This document shows, one piece after another, positions 12,601 to 25,379 of a stretch of DNA of 64,000 nt (position 1 is its first letter; each line of letters starts with the position of its first letter). The position numbers and the translations under genes were made by a program. The notes under the pieces were generated by a model, which did not search any database, was not told the DNA's origin, and was given only the letters and a program-made list of their open reading frames with translations. This stretch comes from Utricularia gibba. Its lineage: Eukaryota > Plantae > Magnoliophyta. The stretch is from the NCBI GenBank assembly GCA_002189035.1, contig NEEC01000002.1, positions 4,898,001 through 4,962,000 of the forward strand. Direction: 5' to 3'.

Positions 12601-15211
12601 TCACAAGTTCTTACAAGAATCGATAGCACAAGAACTTGAAATTCCAGTTTCCCACAAAAAAGGATGAGGGCAATTGTGGCTCAGAGAGAATCCCTAAATT
12701 GCCCAAGAGTTTGTGAATGAATTCCTTTGATGATTGAAACTTACCAATTCACTATCAACCTTTACTTATTACCCTTGATGATAAGAGGGTTAGAGTTTTA
12801 GAAGAATTAGAATAACTTGCAAGATGTTGAAGACTTTTGAGACCTTTGCGGATATTGAAAAATTGTTGAACTTTTTGATTTACAACATCAAAAGTTATGT
12901 CTACTGGTTACAAGCATCATTATTCATAAGATATAAAACTAGTCATTATTGTGTCTTCTTACTTGTTGTCAATTCTCCAAGTATCTTGCATCTAGAATCT
13001 GGGTCTATTGGGATGGACTATTAGATTGGTTAGTGACATTGTTGGACAGTTGTCCACCCATCTTGTGACTTATTGACCCAAGTCTAATGAGTCAAGGCAT
13101 TTACTATTGACTGCCCAAGCTCCTCTATCCAAATAGCTCATTGATACCTATCCTTCTTTTTCTTGCACAGTCGCTAAATCTACTTTTAAATTATTAGTTT
13201 GGATATTCTATCATCATTGATTGGTTCTTCACTCCTTCATCGCTTGTCAGCATTCCTCCTTGATGGGATAGTGGAGATCTTGTCGATTCCATTGTCATAT
13301 TCATCCGAAGGCCTAATAATTGACATATTCTATTGAAGTTCTTGAAAAATAGGCATTTGGTAAGAATGCCAATAGCTTGATATTCAAACATTCTATATTG
13401 CAGTTTTATGTAACCTTGTTGCACATAATCTAAAAGGACATGGTTGGGATGATCCTTGATAATGAACTCAGGAGGATGATTTTACATATATATCTTCATT
13501 TAGATCACCATTCAAAAAGTGCTTTTGATATCCAAATGATGAAGCTTTCATTTAATGTAGATTGATGGAGCTATAATAAGTTTGATAGTGTACAATTTGG
13601 CAACGGGTGCAAAAGTCTCGAGGTAATCTATTTTTGCTTTCTGTAGATAGCCTGTCACTACTGACTGGGTTTTAAATTTTTTCAGAATCCCATCCAGATT
13701 TAATTGGACCTTGAATATCCATTTCAATTCTAAAAGTTTATGTTTGGTGGTTTAGGGACTACCACTCATACATCATGCTTGTGTATAGATTCCAGTTCAG
13801 TGTCCATAGAATTCCTGCATTATGGGAATTTCAAGGCTTCATAGATACTATTAGGTTCATGAACCATGAGACATCGATCAAGGACATCTTGAGGTATTTT
13901 GTTATGAAAACTCCATTTTTTGGACAAATAAAGTTGAAATTAGTTGGGATATGAATATCACATAATATTTGCTCCCTACCCTAGTGGGTGTAGCCATAGG
14001 ACCGCATAGATCACTAGTGACTAACTATCTCTAGTTTGCATTGGGAGTGGATGTTGAATTTAGGGAAGGATTTTCTGTTCATTTTACATTCGAGGCAAGT
14101 TTGACATTTTCCTCCTTCACTACTCAATTCAAGAATTCCTTCCATGAGTTTTTTATTTTTCAAGGTCAAGAGAGAAGCATAGTGACGACCAAGTCTTTGA
14201 TGCTATAGCTTGAAATTTTTCGTCATTGTAAGACATACATCCTTGTTAAGGGATGACTTTGAAAGTACTAAAGGAAAGACTTGATTGATCACGTCAGCAG
14301 TAAGTATTACATCATTGTCAACATCTCTTATAGTACATTTGTTGTGTTTAAGGTAAACTTTGAGTCCTTTCTCAATCAATTGATCCAAACTCAACAGGTT
14401 GTGAGATATGCTCAAAAATAGGTACACATTAGAGATTTTCACTAGTTTTTACTCAATTTCAATGCAAACAGTTTCTATGTCCATGACAAGTATCAACTTC
14501 TCATTTGCAATCTCAATGAGTTTATTAGAAAGCTAAGAAATACACGAGAATATGCTTTCATCATTTGTTGGATGATGGTTGCAGCAACTATCGACTAGCC
14601 ATATTGCTTGTTTTTAGAGATATGTGAATAAGGTAATTAATGTGTTTTGGCATAATAGGTAAAGATCAATTTTTTTATTATTGACCTCTAAAGAAAAAGA
14701 TAAATCATTCATAGAACTAACTAATTTTTTTCACATGATTAGTAGTCTTCTCTCTCAATTGGTGATATTTTTCATAGGACAGACTTGATCAACTTGACCT
14801 TTGAGCAAGGAGTAGGTGTAACTTGCATCTAGATTCTAGAAGCATTGCGTTGATACATGACTTTTCCGCTTGCAGAAAATGTAGGGAGCACTATCAGCAT
14901 TTTTTTTTAGGTTTAATAGGAACAAATATTAGAGGTTATGAGGTTTCAACAGATTGCTCATTTTTAAGAAATCTAGTTTCTTGAGCTTTGAAGGCCATTT
15001 CTAACACATGTGGAGAATTGTCAGTACAAGGTTTCACTTCCACACCTTTCAATCCTTGGAGAAGTTGTTTGGAGCTCATGGAATGAAAATATCCATCGAG
15101 TTTGAAAGGAGCAAGAGCATATTCATATTGAGGAGCTACTATGCTTATAATTTTTGTGCATAATTGGTTGTCTTCAATTTTTTCACCTAAACGTTAAAGT
15201 TAAAAAACAAC

Positions 15212-16380
15212 TGATAAACTAAAAATATTGCAACATCGTTAAATTTTAAATTTTCCTATCAAATAAAATGAATAACCTAATTCACAACTAATCATATGAA
15301 AAAAAATATGAGCATACTGGACTAGGGTCGACCACAAGGAACTAGATGTTTGCTATGTGAAGGTCAATGCATTCAGATTTTTATCATGCTTAAGAGATTT
15401 AGTTTAAGCTAAGATTAAAGCAATTTGACAATAATATGTAGAAAGATACTAAATGGGTAAAATTAGATCTTTATCTAAAATGAAAGAAGCTGATGCCTTA
15501 AGACACTCAGGGGTAACATGCTAATCACTACAACTATCTCACCCCAACTTAAAATCAGTCATCTAGCAAGCAAAGACTCAAGTCTACCCAAACCCTTGTT
15601 TTCTTCTAATTTTTGATCTACCTCCAATTAGGACTGTTTATGATGAAAACCACTACCTCCCCCTCTTGTATGTATCCTAGTTTGTTAAGAAAGTAGAATG
15701 ATTAAGTGGTAGTTTGATCTAGTGAACAATAAGCATACTCATCCCCCTTCGTGGCACCCCCAAGTGCTTAGCCACTCCTAAAAACGGAAATGAAAACACT
15801 TTCATGACATTTCATAAACATCATCTTGGTTCTAAAGTTCAACAACAACATAGAACGCATAACAAAAACATAAACAGCAAATAGTTATTGTGGAAAAGTT
15901 AAAACAACTTTTAGCTAAGAATAGTATTCTTTATAGGCAGAAAAAAAGCTTTAGAAGATAGCTTGGATCATGGTTTCGTCTTCTTCATCCTCCATGGTTC
16001 TGCTACTCCTCTCTACTAGATCCCCCTCCTAATATTGTGTGTGGCGTGTTCCCTAATAGGGAGATAGTCTTCTCTTTCTTTATTATTCCAAAAATCTAAT
16101 TTTCTTCTTTACATTGGGATTTGGCGTACTTCTTTCAACTTTTGTCCCCTTTTCATGATGCCTCCACTGTTCACTTTTCGGCTCTTTGGGATTTGGGCTG
16201 TTAAAACGTGCTGTATTGCTCAAGAAAGTGATTAGAACTAAGGTTGGAATTAAATCAAAGTTTTGTCCCAATTAAGAATAAAAGATGCATACTATGCTGA
16301 TAATTACAAAAATGCAGAAACATACAATATAATCCGAGTTTTATAATAAAATATAAAACACTCAAAAATATATGTTATCA
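15212..16380 (-). mobile_element. Solo LTR family A with TSD ACAAC
   Basis: TGATAA...TTATCA termini; ACAAC at 15207-15211 and 16381-16385. Inserted in the copia gag. Confidence 0.9.
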
Positions 16381-17060
16381 ACAACCTTTATTAGTTCCTC
16401 AAAAAAAATTAGAAATTAATTGACTTGGAAGAATTTTCAATGTCTCATATTTTTCCATAGTTGAGATTTTTCTATTATTGCAATTGGAGTGTCTTTCCCA
16501 AATATGGCTTGGGCTTGATCAAATTTTTCATCCCAAGTATCCGTTTCTTCATCAAATTTTCCTACATACTTTGTTCAAACATTATCCCATAGTTTGCAAG
16601 GATGCAAGTATCAAGTCATATTGTTCGTCCAATGTTCATACTCATTGATTGCAAAGATTGGAGCAGGTTAGTTGAAGTTTGAAGCCATTATTTCATTCAA
16701 GAATGACAAATGCTTTAAAATTTGTGAGCGGAATCTTTTCTAGAAAAATGGGTTCATGTCGGGTTCACCATGTTAGAGTTTCAAAAGAAACAAATTAACT
16801 TGCAAGATGTTGATGACTTTAGAGACCTTTGAGGAGATTGAAATGTTATTGAACTTTTTGATTCACAGCAACAAAAGCTATGTCTACTGGTTCCATGCAT
16901 TAGTATTTATGAGATGTAAAATTAGCCATTATTATGTCTTTCTACTTGCTGTCAAGTCTCTATGTGTGCTTACATCTAGAACTTGGGTCTGTTCAGGTGG
17001 GCTGCTAGATTAGTTGATGATATTTTTGAGTTGTTATCTAATCATCTCGCAACTTATTGG

Positions 17061-18249
17061 TGATGATGATTTTGCAAGTGCACAGAAACTGTTGAAGTAA
17101 TAAAATCAGATCGTATCCACAGAGAATTGTTATTGGAATTTTCTTTTCAAACAAAGACTAAAAAAAGGTTAAAAACAAAAGAAAGATTTGATTTCAAAAA
17201 CAACAAGAAAAGTGGTCTTGGATCGAAGATACACCTTGCTCAAAACTCGTCCCTTGCATGTGTGCAAACCTTGAGAACTGACCCGCTTACGCAAGCTTTG
17301 GGGTGTTATGCTAAAATAATGCTACTCGGTGACCGTTACAGCACCGTCCCTTGTTTTGTGGATTATGGAATCAACCACGCCACCAGAGCCATTTCACCTC
17401 TTGTGATAACCCATGTTTTCCCCACACCCAAATCTAACCCCTACACCTCACACCTCGCAGACAGATTAGACAGAATGTGTCTTACCAACGATGTCTGATT
17501 GAGCCCTTCTCCTTAGGTGCTTGAGGCCAAACTTTGATCCTCTCACATTCCTTTAGGATTATATGTACTAAAGATCACGTTGGTAAAGAAATCATTGCGA
17601 ATAACAGAATCAATCCTCAAATTAAATACTGAAAAACATAGTAAGACAGTCACACGCACAGGACTTGGGCAAGCAAGGCTTCACAGCAGATCCTCATCCG
17701 CAAGCGCTCACACGCGCATGCTTGACTCTAAACAACAAAAGTTGATGAAAAACGAAAGGGAAGACATCCCAAACATGTTGGACTCGATTCTAGACCCTAA
17801 ATTGACTCTCTGATTGTCCCTTCTAACCACCCTTTAAGGTCTTCACATTTGGATCTTTATATAATGGTGGGGATTTGTCAGGCTCTCTTGATGGGCTCTT
17901 ATCAAATCTTCTATCCGAATCTTCTAAGATTTGATACAAATCTTCTAGGATAAGATCCAAATTTTCTAAGATAAGATACGAATCTTATCTTATATGAGAA
18001 TCTTTGACCGAGTCTTCATCCAGATAGACCGAATCTTTGCCTCCATCAAAGTAGCTCGAAAATCTCCCAAATTATGCCAAAATTATCCTGAAAAATTACA
18101 AAACACACTTTCCCTCCAAAAAGATCAAAACGGTATGAAAGATATAAAATTCTTCTAAAAACATAAGGAAAGTGGGATAAAAAGAATACAAAACCCATCT
18201 AAGTAAGTTTCAAAAAGTACAAATATAAGTGACTCAAAATCACTTATCA
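17061..18249 (-). mobile_element. Solo LTR family B (Athila-like) with TSD ATTGG
   Basis: TGATGA...TTATCA termini; ATTGG at 17056-17060 and 18250-18254. Inserted in the copia 5' LTR. Confidence 0.9.
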
Positions 18250-18424
18250 ATTGGATCAAGCATAATGAGCTCAAGGTATTTATTATTGGTTTTCCAAACT
18301 CCTCCATGCAGAGAGTTTGTCGATACCGACTCCTTTTCTTGTGAAGTCACTAAATCTACTTGTAAATTATCAGTTTGATATTCTGCAATCCTTGATCGAT
18401 TCTTCACTCTTTCATCACTTGCCA

Positions 18425-19107
18425 CAAGACTAGTAACATGGAACTTTGAACATTGAGTGATAACTTTCAAAGATCAAAAACAAGAACACAAAATTTAGAG
18501 TAGTCAAGTCCTATGCACTCACACAAACAAACAATTGAAGATTCATATCATAGTAGACTCTCAATTCTGGAGGTAGATAATGGAAGGATTAATTGAGTAG
18601 TATTGAACAATATTTGGAAAACCAATTGGGTTGCCACCCAACCATTTTTGTGAACACAAATGCACCTAATTGCAAGAGCTAATCCAAAAACTTAGAAGCC
18701 TTATCGTTACCCATAAAAACCAAGAGCGAAAATAAAAAATCATATACATGAATGGTGAATAAAGGTTGAATACGAAATAACACTACCTCATTTACAGCTC
18801 TAGTGATTCTTGTCTCAAAAAAGATGAAGGGTGGTGATTGTGATAGATTATTGAGCTTTGAACACCATTACAATGTACCAACAACTTCCAATCCCTAAAC
18901 TAGTAGAACTTAGTTTTTTCCAAACTGGATTTCTGTTTCGGATGTCATCTGATCCAAATACATGAGAAATCCATCCACGAAACAACCTTCCTAAGTTAGT
19001 GATGCGTTTTGACTTAACTAATGCTATAACTACCTTCTAAAATCTCATGAACTGGATGTTTAAGCCCTACTAATATAGATTTGAATTAACTTTTTGATGA
19101 CATTTCA
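18425..19107 (+). mobile_element. Continuation of the chromoviral gypsy pol (protease end and RT up to FDDI)
   Basis: LVTWNFE-like protease end; degenerate RT stretch equivalent to SPVLLVKKKDG..WR.C.DYRALN...FPIP near 18770-18900; ends TTT GAT GAC ATT (F-D-D-I). Confidence 0.75.
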
Positions 19108-20908
19108 GGGGTGTTTGATAGGGGTGTTTAGTTTGTTTTTACTAGGTTTAGTTTAATATTGTTCGTATTTCGTAGAGAGAGTAAATTTAAACACAGATTT
19201 AAACTACACACCACTTTTCTAGAATTCTTGAGTTTAAACTCAACCCATATCTCTTGTATGTTTTAAAAAACTAGGTGTTTTCTATTTTTTAATGATTTTT
19301 TTTATTCATTAATTTTTTATAACTTCTCTAATTTAACCCTCTAGCTCTAATTCATTCCATATCCTTTTCTCTATCAATTCAGTCGTATCTTCTCTACACA
19401 TCCTTTCTTCTGGTTCATTCATGCATCTCCGTTGATTGAATTTTTATCAGAATCCTTTTTCTAGAAACATCGTGAATTCAACACCACAAGATTCAAGGAT
19501 TTATTTAATGCAAATTTCACAACATTTCATTTGAAGTTTTTCCCAATTCCTCAATTTTCTTTCCTTGGGTCTCTGTTGAAGTTTCATTGGAATTTTTCTG
19601 AATCACATGCATTATCTCCTAGAGTGTCACACAAGATTCAAGAAAGATCATTTTGTAAAATTTGTAGCAGAGTTCCTTATTTTAGATTATTTTGTTAAAT
19701 TTGTAGTAGAGTTCCTTATTTTTCTTTTTGGAGTACTTTATGATTTTTTAATTGATATGAATTGGTTTCTTCTTGTTCCTTATATGGTTATATAGTTGTA
19801 CAATTTTTCTTCCATGATTTTTTGAAAATGAATTTGTTTTAGGATCCTTTGGTTCTTAGTGGTTGAATGATTTTGATGATACTTCAGTAATTTTTTCTGT
19901 AGATACTTCAAATGGATAATGATTTTGTGAATGAAATTGTTGTATTAATTGGGGTTAAAATAGTGTTTTCTAATCTCTTGTTCATGAGATATGCAGCTCT
20001 AAGATATCTTAACAACTTAGAGGACAATAGTGGATCAATGTTTATTTGAACAAAATATTCTTACCTTGAAAATATACCTAGACAGATAAATAGACTCAAT
20101 AGATTTGTATCGGATTTGAAAAGTACCATCTTTGAGAGTTTGAGAATAAAACAAGACACGTTTGAGAATCTGTGTTTTATGCTTGAGCAACACGAAATTG
20201 CAGAACTAAAGATATGTACAAGTAAAAGAAAATATTGCCATTTTTTTTTTAATTTTGGCCATCATACAAAAATGTGTATTCAAAAGAGGTACTACAAAAG
20301 GTCGACATACACTATTTCAAAGTGTTTCAATGAGATTCTATCTATTGTAATCAGAATCTAAGATAAGTTTCTTGTTAAACCAGTGTCAATACATGAGGAA
20401 AATACTACACGAGATACGAATACTTTGAGGTACTTTGTAATTGAATATCTATTATGTATGAGATTGATAGTTTCCTTGTTTTTCTAGAATTGTTTAGGTG
20501 TATTGGATGTGACGTATATCGATCTACATGTTATAGAATATCTAAAAGCGTGGCTTAGGTCTCGTAAGGAAAAGAGTTCTACAAATTTTTTGGGTGTTTG
20601 TAACCAAAATATGAAATTTATTTATATGTTCGCTGGCTGGGAGGGTTTGGCCACTAATGACAGTGTATTATGAAATGCATTCTCAAGACCAAATGATCTC
20701 CGTGTCTGCATTGGTTACTAACTCTCAGTTTTGATATTCTTTTGTACTTAGGTATGCATTTCCTTTTTTGTAATCATTGTTGTATTATTATATTAAGTAC
20801 GTTAATATTAGGTGAATACTACTTGTGTAACAATGGTAATACACATTATGATAGATTTTTTAGTCCATTTAGAGATGCTTGATACCACTTGAAGGAATAG
20901 AGTCCTGG

Positions 20909-22074
20909 TGATAAACAAAAAATTTAGTAACATCGTTAAAATTGAAAATTTTTCCTATCAAATAAAATATATAAACCTAATTCACATCAAATCATATGAA
21001 AAATATGAGCATAGTGGACTAAGGTCGAACACAAAGAACTAGATGCTTGCTATGTGAAGGTCAATCCAAGGAATCAGTGTCACGTTGGTAAAATTGGTCT
21101 TAACTAGAACTAAGGCAGAACTACAACGGAATATAGTAAAGAAAAGTAAAAAGTTTTGAAGCTCAGTTGTTTTTGGAATGAAATGGGTGATGCCTTGTGA
21201 TCCCTAGGGGATGTATGCTTATCACTAAACATGCTCACACAAACCATAAATCATACAACTAACTCACAAGGTCTAGCTCTACCCGGACTCTTATTTTCCT
21301 CCTAATTTTTGGTCTACCTCTAATTAGGGTTGTTAAACTAGGTTTCACTACTTTCCCCCTTCTGGATCTATCCTGGTTTGTTAAGGAAGTGGCGTGACTT
21401 ATGACTGATTAGGTATAACGATTGGTTAGTACATTTCTCCCCCTTTCACCTCAAGACACCTCCTAAGTGCTTAGCCACTCATGACAAGGGAAAGGAAAAC
21501 GTTTTCATAGCATATCCTAAGTAGCATTCTGGTTTCAAAGTTAAACAACAACAAGCAATGCATAACAGAAATAGAACTGGTTCTTCAAGAACGAATAGTC
21601 TTAGCTAGGAATAGTATGCATCAAGAACGAAAGTAAATCTTCAAAAAGAACTAGTTCTTCAAGGTCGTCGTCCCCTTCCTTCTTCTACCCTAGAAAATTC
21701 TCCAGAAAGCATGTCGTGAGTCTCCAATGGTGGAGATCTACCTTGTTTCTCCCCCTTCTTTTTGTCCCCCAAATCCCATTTTTTCTCCTCTTTAGATTTT
21801 GTGTGTACTCCTTTTCAAACTTCTGACTCATCCTTTGCCACTACACTGTTCATATTCGACTTCTTGGGATTTGTGCTATCAACATGTGATGTATTGCTTG
21901 AAGGAAACTATTAGAAGGTTGGGACTAAATCTGCGATTTAGTCCAAACTAAGACTAAAATAACATAACTATGATACTATACACAAAAATATAAAACTAGG
22001 CAATAAAACATGATTTTTGTAGCACGCTATGAGTAATTTCTATGTACTCTATCACTCAAAAATATGTGTTATCA
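20909..22074 (-). mobile_element. Solo LTR family A with TSD CCTGG, inside the Harbinger transposase
   Basis: TGATAAAC...GTTATCA termini; CCTGG at 20904-20908 and 22075-22079. Confidence 0.92.
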
Positions 22075-23495
22075 CCTGGTACTCAAGCTCCGCAAAATTC
22101 TAGAAAATTATTTAATATACGGTATTGATCTACAGGAAATATTATTGAAAAGGCTTTTGGTTTATTAAAAGGATGTCGGGCAATCTTACAAAATCCCTCC
22201 TCCTATTGTTAAAAGACTCAAGCATTAATTATCATTACTTGTGTATTACTCCACAATTTTATTCAGTTTGTGTTGATCCTTTAGAGGGAGAGATAGGAGC
22301 AAATCATGAGGATAGTGACGACGATGATGCTTTGGATGATGAATTTATAGATGGTGTAGAGATAAGCCAATAATGGACAAAATGGAGATATAATCTTGCT
22401 CAAGAAATGTGGGAAGAGTAATCTGAGATATGAGCTATATTATTATACTTTTATTGATGTTTCATATTTCGAGGTAAAGAGGATGATCTACTTCATTCTT
22501 AATGATAAGGGTCTTTAGTGAAGAGGGTGTTATCATGGGAGTATCCATTTATCATTTCTTTTCAATCTACTTGTATTTCTTTTATATGTATGGTTGTTGT
22601 TGCTTTATTATCATGGGAGTGCCTGTGAGAGTAGTCATGACTATATGTTTAACCTGTTATAGACGTTCATCCTCTTTTTGATACTTTGAACCACTTTTAG
22701 TAACATGTCTTTGTTATCCATAGTGGAGAATTTTGTGTCACTTGACAGTAAAGTTATGCCTTATTTTTGTAGTACAGATTGCAAAAGTGTAGATCTAAGA
22801 TTATGTTTGTATATGTTCTGTACTTTTTTGTGTTGCTTACTTGAATCTCTTCAGATCTTCAAAAGTCCGAGTTCCATTCAGGAACTAAAATGAACAAAAG
22901 TGTAAACTGAAAATGTACTCCAGTTAACTGATTTCTACAAAAACAAATGAACATGAGGCATAAAGAACTACTTCATTGAGATTTTGCAATGTCCTTTACT
23001 ATTACCAAACGTACCCTTTTATTTGCCCTCAGAAACAAATGCATCTTGTGAAGATTAGTCATAAAAATTTCTCCAACTCAAATCAAATCTCATCACTCAA
23101 GTTTGGAAGTGATAAGAAACATATAAGATCAACAACCTAATCATTTCTCTCCATCACCAATAGAGATGGGTCTGGGTTGAACCCATACAAGTTCGGGCCC
23201 AACCAGATGAGATTCTGGGTTTTATTGTTTACATGACTCATGGAATTGTTTTTCATACTCAACCCGATCAGATTGGACCAGATAGGTTTTGATATAGCCC
23301 AAACCGAGTTTTACGGGTTTTTTATTTTTTTATTATTTGATTTTTTTATAAATTAGTTCAAAAGAAAATTAATATAATTTGATAATTTTAATACTTGTAA
23401 GCATTAGTCAAAACAAAACAAACCAACCAATTTAAGATTGTAGTCTTCACACTTATTTTATAGGACTCATTTAGTAATTTTGTAATTTTTTAAGA

Positions 23496-23877
23496 TTGAA
23501 TTTTGTATTTTTTTTTTAAAAGCATCATTTAGTTATTGAAAAATTGAAAGCAACACCTATGTATTAGAGGATTTCATAGGACTTTCACAAGAAAATGATA
23601 TAAAATAATTTCATATTAACACCATCTGTGTAATATTTAATTTGGTAGGATTCCGTTGGACTTTCATAAAAAAATGTAACACCTATGCATTAAAAGTTAT
23701 GCATAACCTACGTTCATGTGTTAGGCTCCTACCAAATTAAATATTATCTAGGTGACATTAAGATAAAATTGTTCTATATAATTTTTTGTGAAAGTCCTAT
23801 AAAATCCTCTAATGCATAGTTCTTGCTTCCAATTTCTTACTAACTAAATGATGTTTTTTAAAAATTACAAAATTCAA
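23496..23877. repeat. Long inverted repeat / foldback element (~150-bp arms, ~76-nt spacer)
   Basis: 23496-23650 is reverse-complementary to 23727-23877 by eye (for example TAGAGGATTTCATAGGACTTTCACAA versus TTGTGAAAGTCCTATAAAATCCTCTA). Confidence 0.85.
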
Positions 23878-24206
23878 AATAAAAAACAATAATCTGAATT
23901 AAAAAAAAGGGAACAATAATATTTATTTCTTTCTTGTAAAATTGACATATTTCATATTATTTTGTTGGATTCCTATCAAATTATTTTTTTAATAGGTAGC
24001 ATTAATATAAAATTAGTTATCATTTTTTATAAAACTATCTTACAAAATCGTCTAATATACAGGTAATGCATCCAATTTTAATAAAAAATAGAAGAAATCC
24101 ATTAAACCTGGTCTCGGTTCAATTTATTTTTTCCAGATGGCCAGTTTGTAAAAAAGCAAACATAAACATAAAACAAGAAAAAAATGAATGAATTCTAAAC
24201 ACGCCC

Positions 24207-24970
24207 TTAGTGTGTATAGCTTCAACTCAAGGATTTTAAGTGCTTGTTAGCATAAAGTAGTCTTGAGTATCTAGGACACCGAGTAAGTCGAATGGGATTT
24301 ATGCCGGGTTTTTTACTTTTTTTACGCACTGTTATTTACTGATATTTGAAAAGTATCTACTATGTATTACGATGTGAGAGAATTAATCATCTTTTTGAAT
24401 TTATATTAAATAAAAATCATATAAATTCTTTTTATCTACATAGATTTTGATATGAATTTTAATTTTATTTTCTATTTATTTGATTAGATAAATTTTATAA
24501 ACGAGATGAAAATATTCGTTTATACTAAATATATGATAATTAAATGTAAAAATAGTTATAAACCTTTAAAATATAACTAATTTATCTATTTGATTTTTAA
24601 ATAGAAAAAATATTTTTAAAAAAATAATCGAAAATGATATATCGTGAAGTTTTATAACTATATTACACTTAATTATCACATATTTAATGTAAAATCAATA
24701 TTTTTCATCTCGCTTATCAAATTTATCTAATAAAATAAATAGAAACTAAAATTAAAATCCATATACAATTACTTTTCACACATAGTCACATACAGTAGGT
24801 ACTTGAAAATAACAATGAAAAACAATGGATAGAAAAATAAATAACTCGATTTATGCCAATGATAGAAAGGTGGAGGCCATTATTAATTTGGAGAAGCCGA
24901 GTACTTTACATGGGATAAGAAGATTTCTTGGTCTAGCTAGTTATTACAGGGGGTTCATACCTAAAATTTC
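24207..24970 (+). mobile_element. Distal RT / connection fragments of the chromoviral gypsy, split by an AT-rich insert
   Basis: LV..S at 24207, KC...LEYLGH near 24240-24272, then RKVEAIINLEKPSTLHGIRRFLGLASYYRGFI (24825-25010 ORF). Confidence 0.75.
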
Positions 24971-25379
24971 TTATCAAATATACTATTACAAATTATGCTT
25001 GAAATTTTAAATTTACATGATTATTATTAATTTAACACCATTAAAAAATATAAATTTTAAAACAAAAATCCAAATGACACCCCTTGTATTGAATCATAAT
25101 TACATCAATTGTTCTCCTTTGTCGATTCTCAAAGTTTTGATGAAAAATTTAAATTCCTTTTTTTACAAGAGACGAACATTTTAAGGTCATATAAAATTTG
25201 AAATTTTCATCCGGAAACTGAAAAGTTTTATATTTTAATTGCTAAAAGTAGGAAAAATACATTTTTCTACTACTAGTCATGGGATTAATTGACCCATATG
25301 TCTAATACTACTAGTAGGAAAAATACATTTGCACTTGGATCAAATAATTCAAATACTATAACTTATATGTCTATACTAC

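Larger units (their letters stand above)
12788..18424 (-). mobile_element. Degenerate Ty1/copia element with both LTRs (3' LTR 12788-13249; 5' LTR 16771-17060 plus 18255-18424) and a tRNA-Trp PBS
   Basis: The two ~460-bp LTRs match each other. PPT-like tract at 13250-13265. RNaseH C-terminus (13194-13424 ORF), RT LHHLDIKSTFLNG near 13500, protease WLVDSC near 14590, gag near 16400-16700. PBS at 16753-16770. Confidence 0.85.
19108..24206 (+). mobile_element. PIF/Harbinger DNA transposon with degenerate DDE transposase (about 20080-22420)
   Basis: Ends GGGGTGTTTG and CTAAACACGCCC, with flanks TCA and TTA. Transposase motifs NCLGVLDVTYI, AGWEGLA, PFR...YHLKE, RNIIEKAFGLLKG match Harbinger DCIGALDGTHI / AGWEGSAHD / RNVIERAFGLLK. 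Confidence 0.85.

Noticed and set aside
16753-16770. Possible tRNA-Trp gene
   Set aside because: Only the 18-nt 3' end including CCA is present, adjacent to an LTR, so it is a PBS and not a tRNA gene.
17127-17813. Recurrent ORFs containing INHATRAISPLVITHVFPTPKSNPY (also at 37960 and 45371)
   Set aside because: They are translations of family B LTR sequence; stops differ between copies, so there is no conserved coding frame.
25245-25330. CACTA-like terminal motifs (TTTTCTACTACTAGT / TACTAGTAGGAAAA)
   Set aside because: No true CACTA terminus, partner end or TSD can be established.
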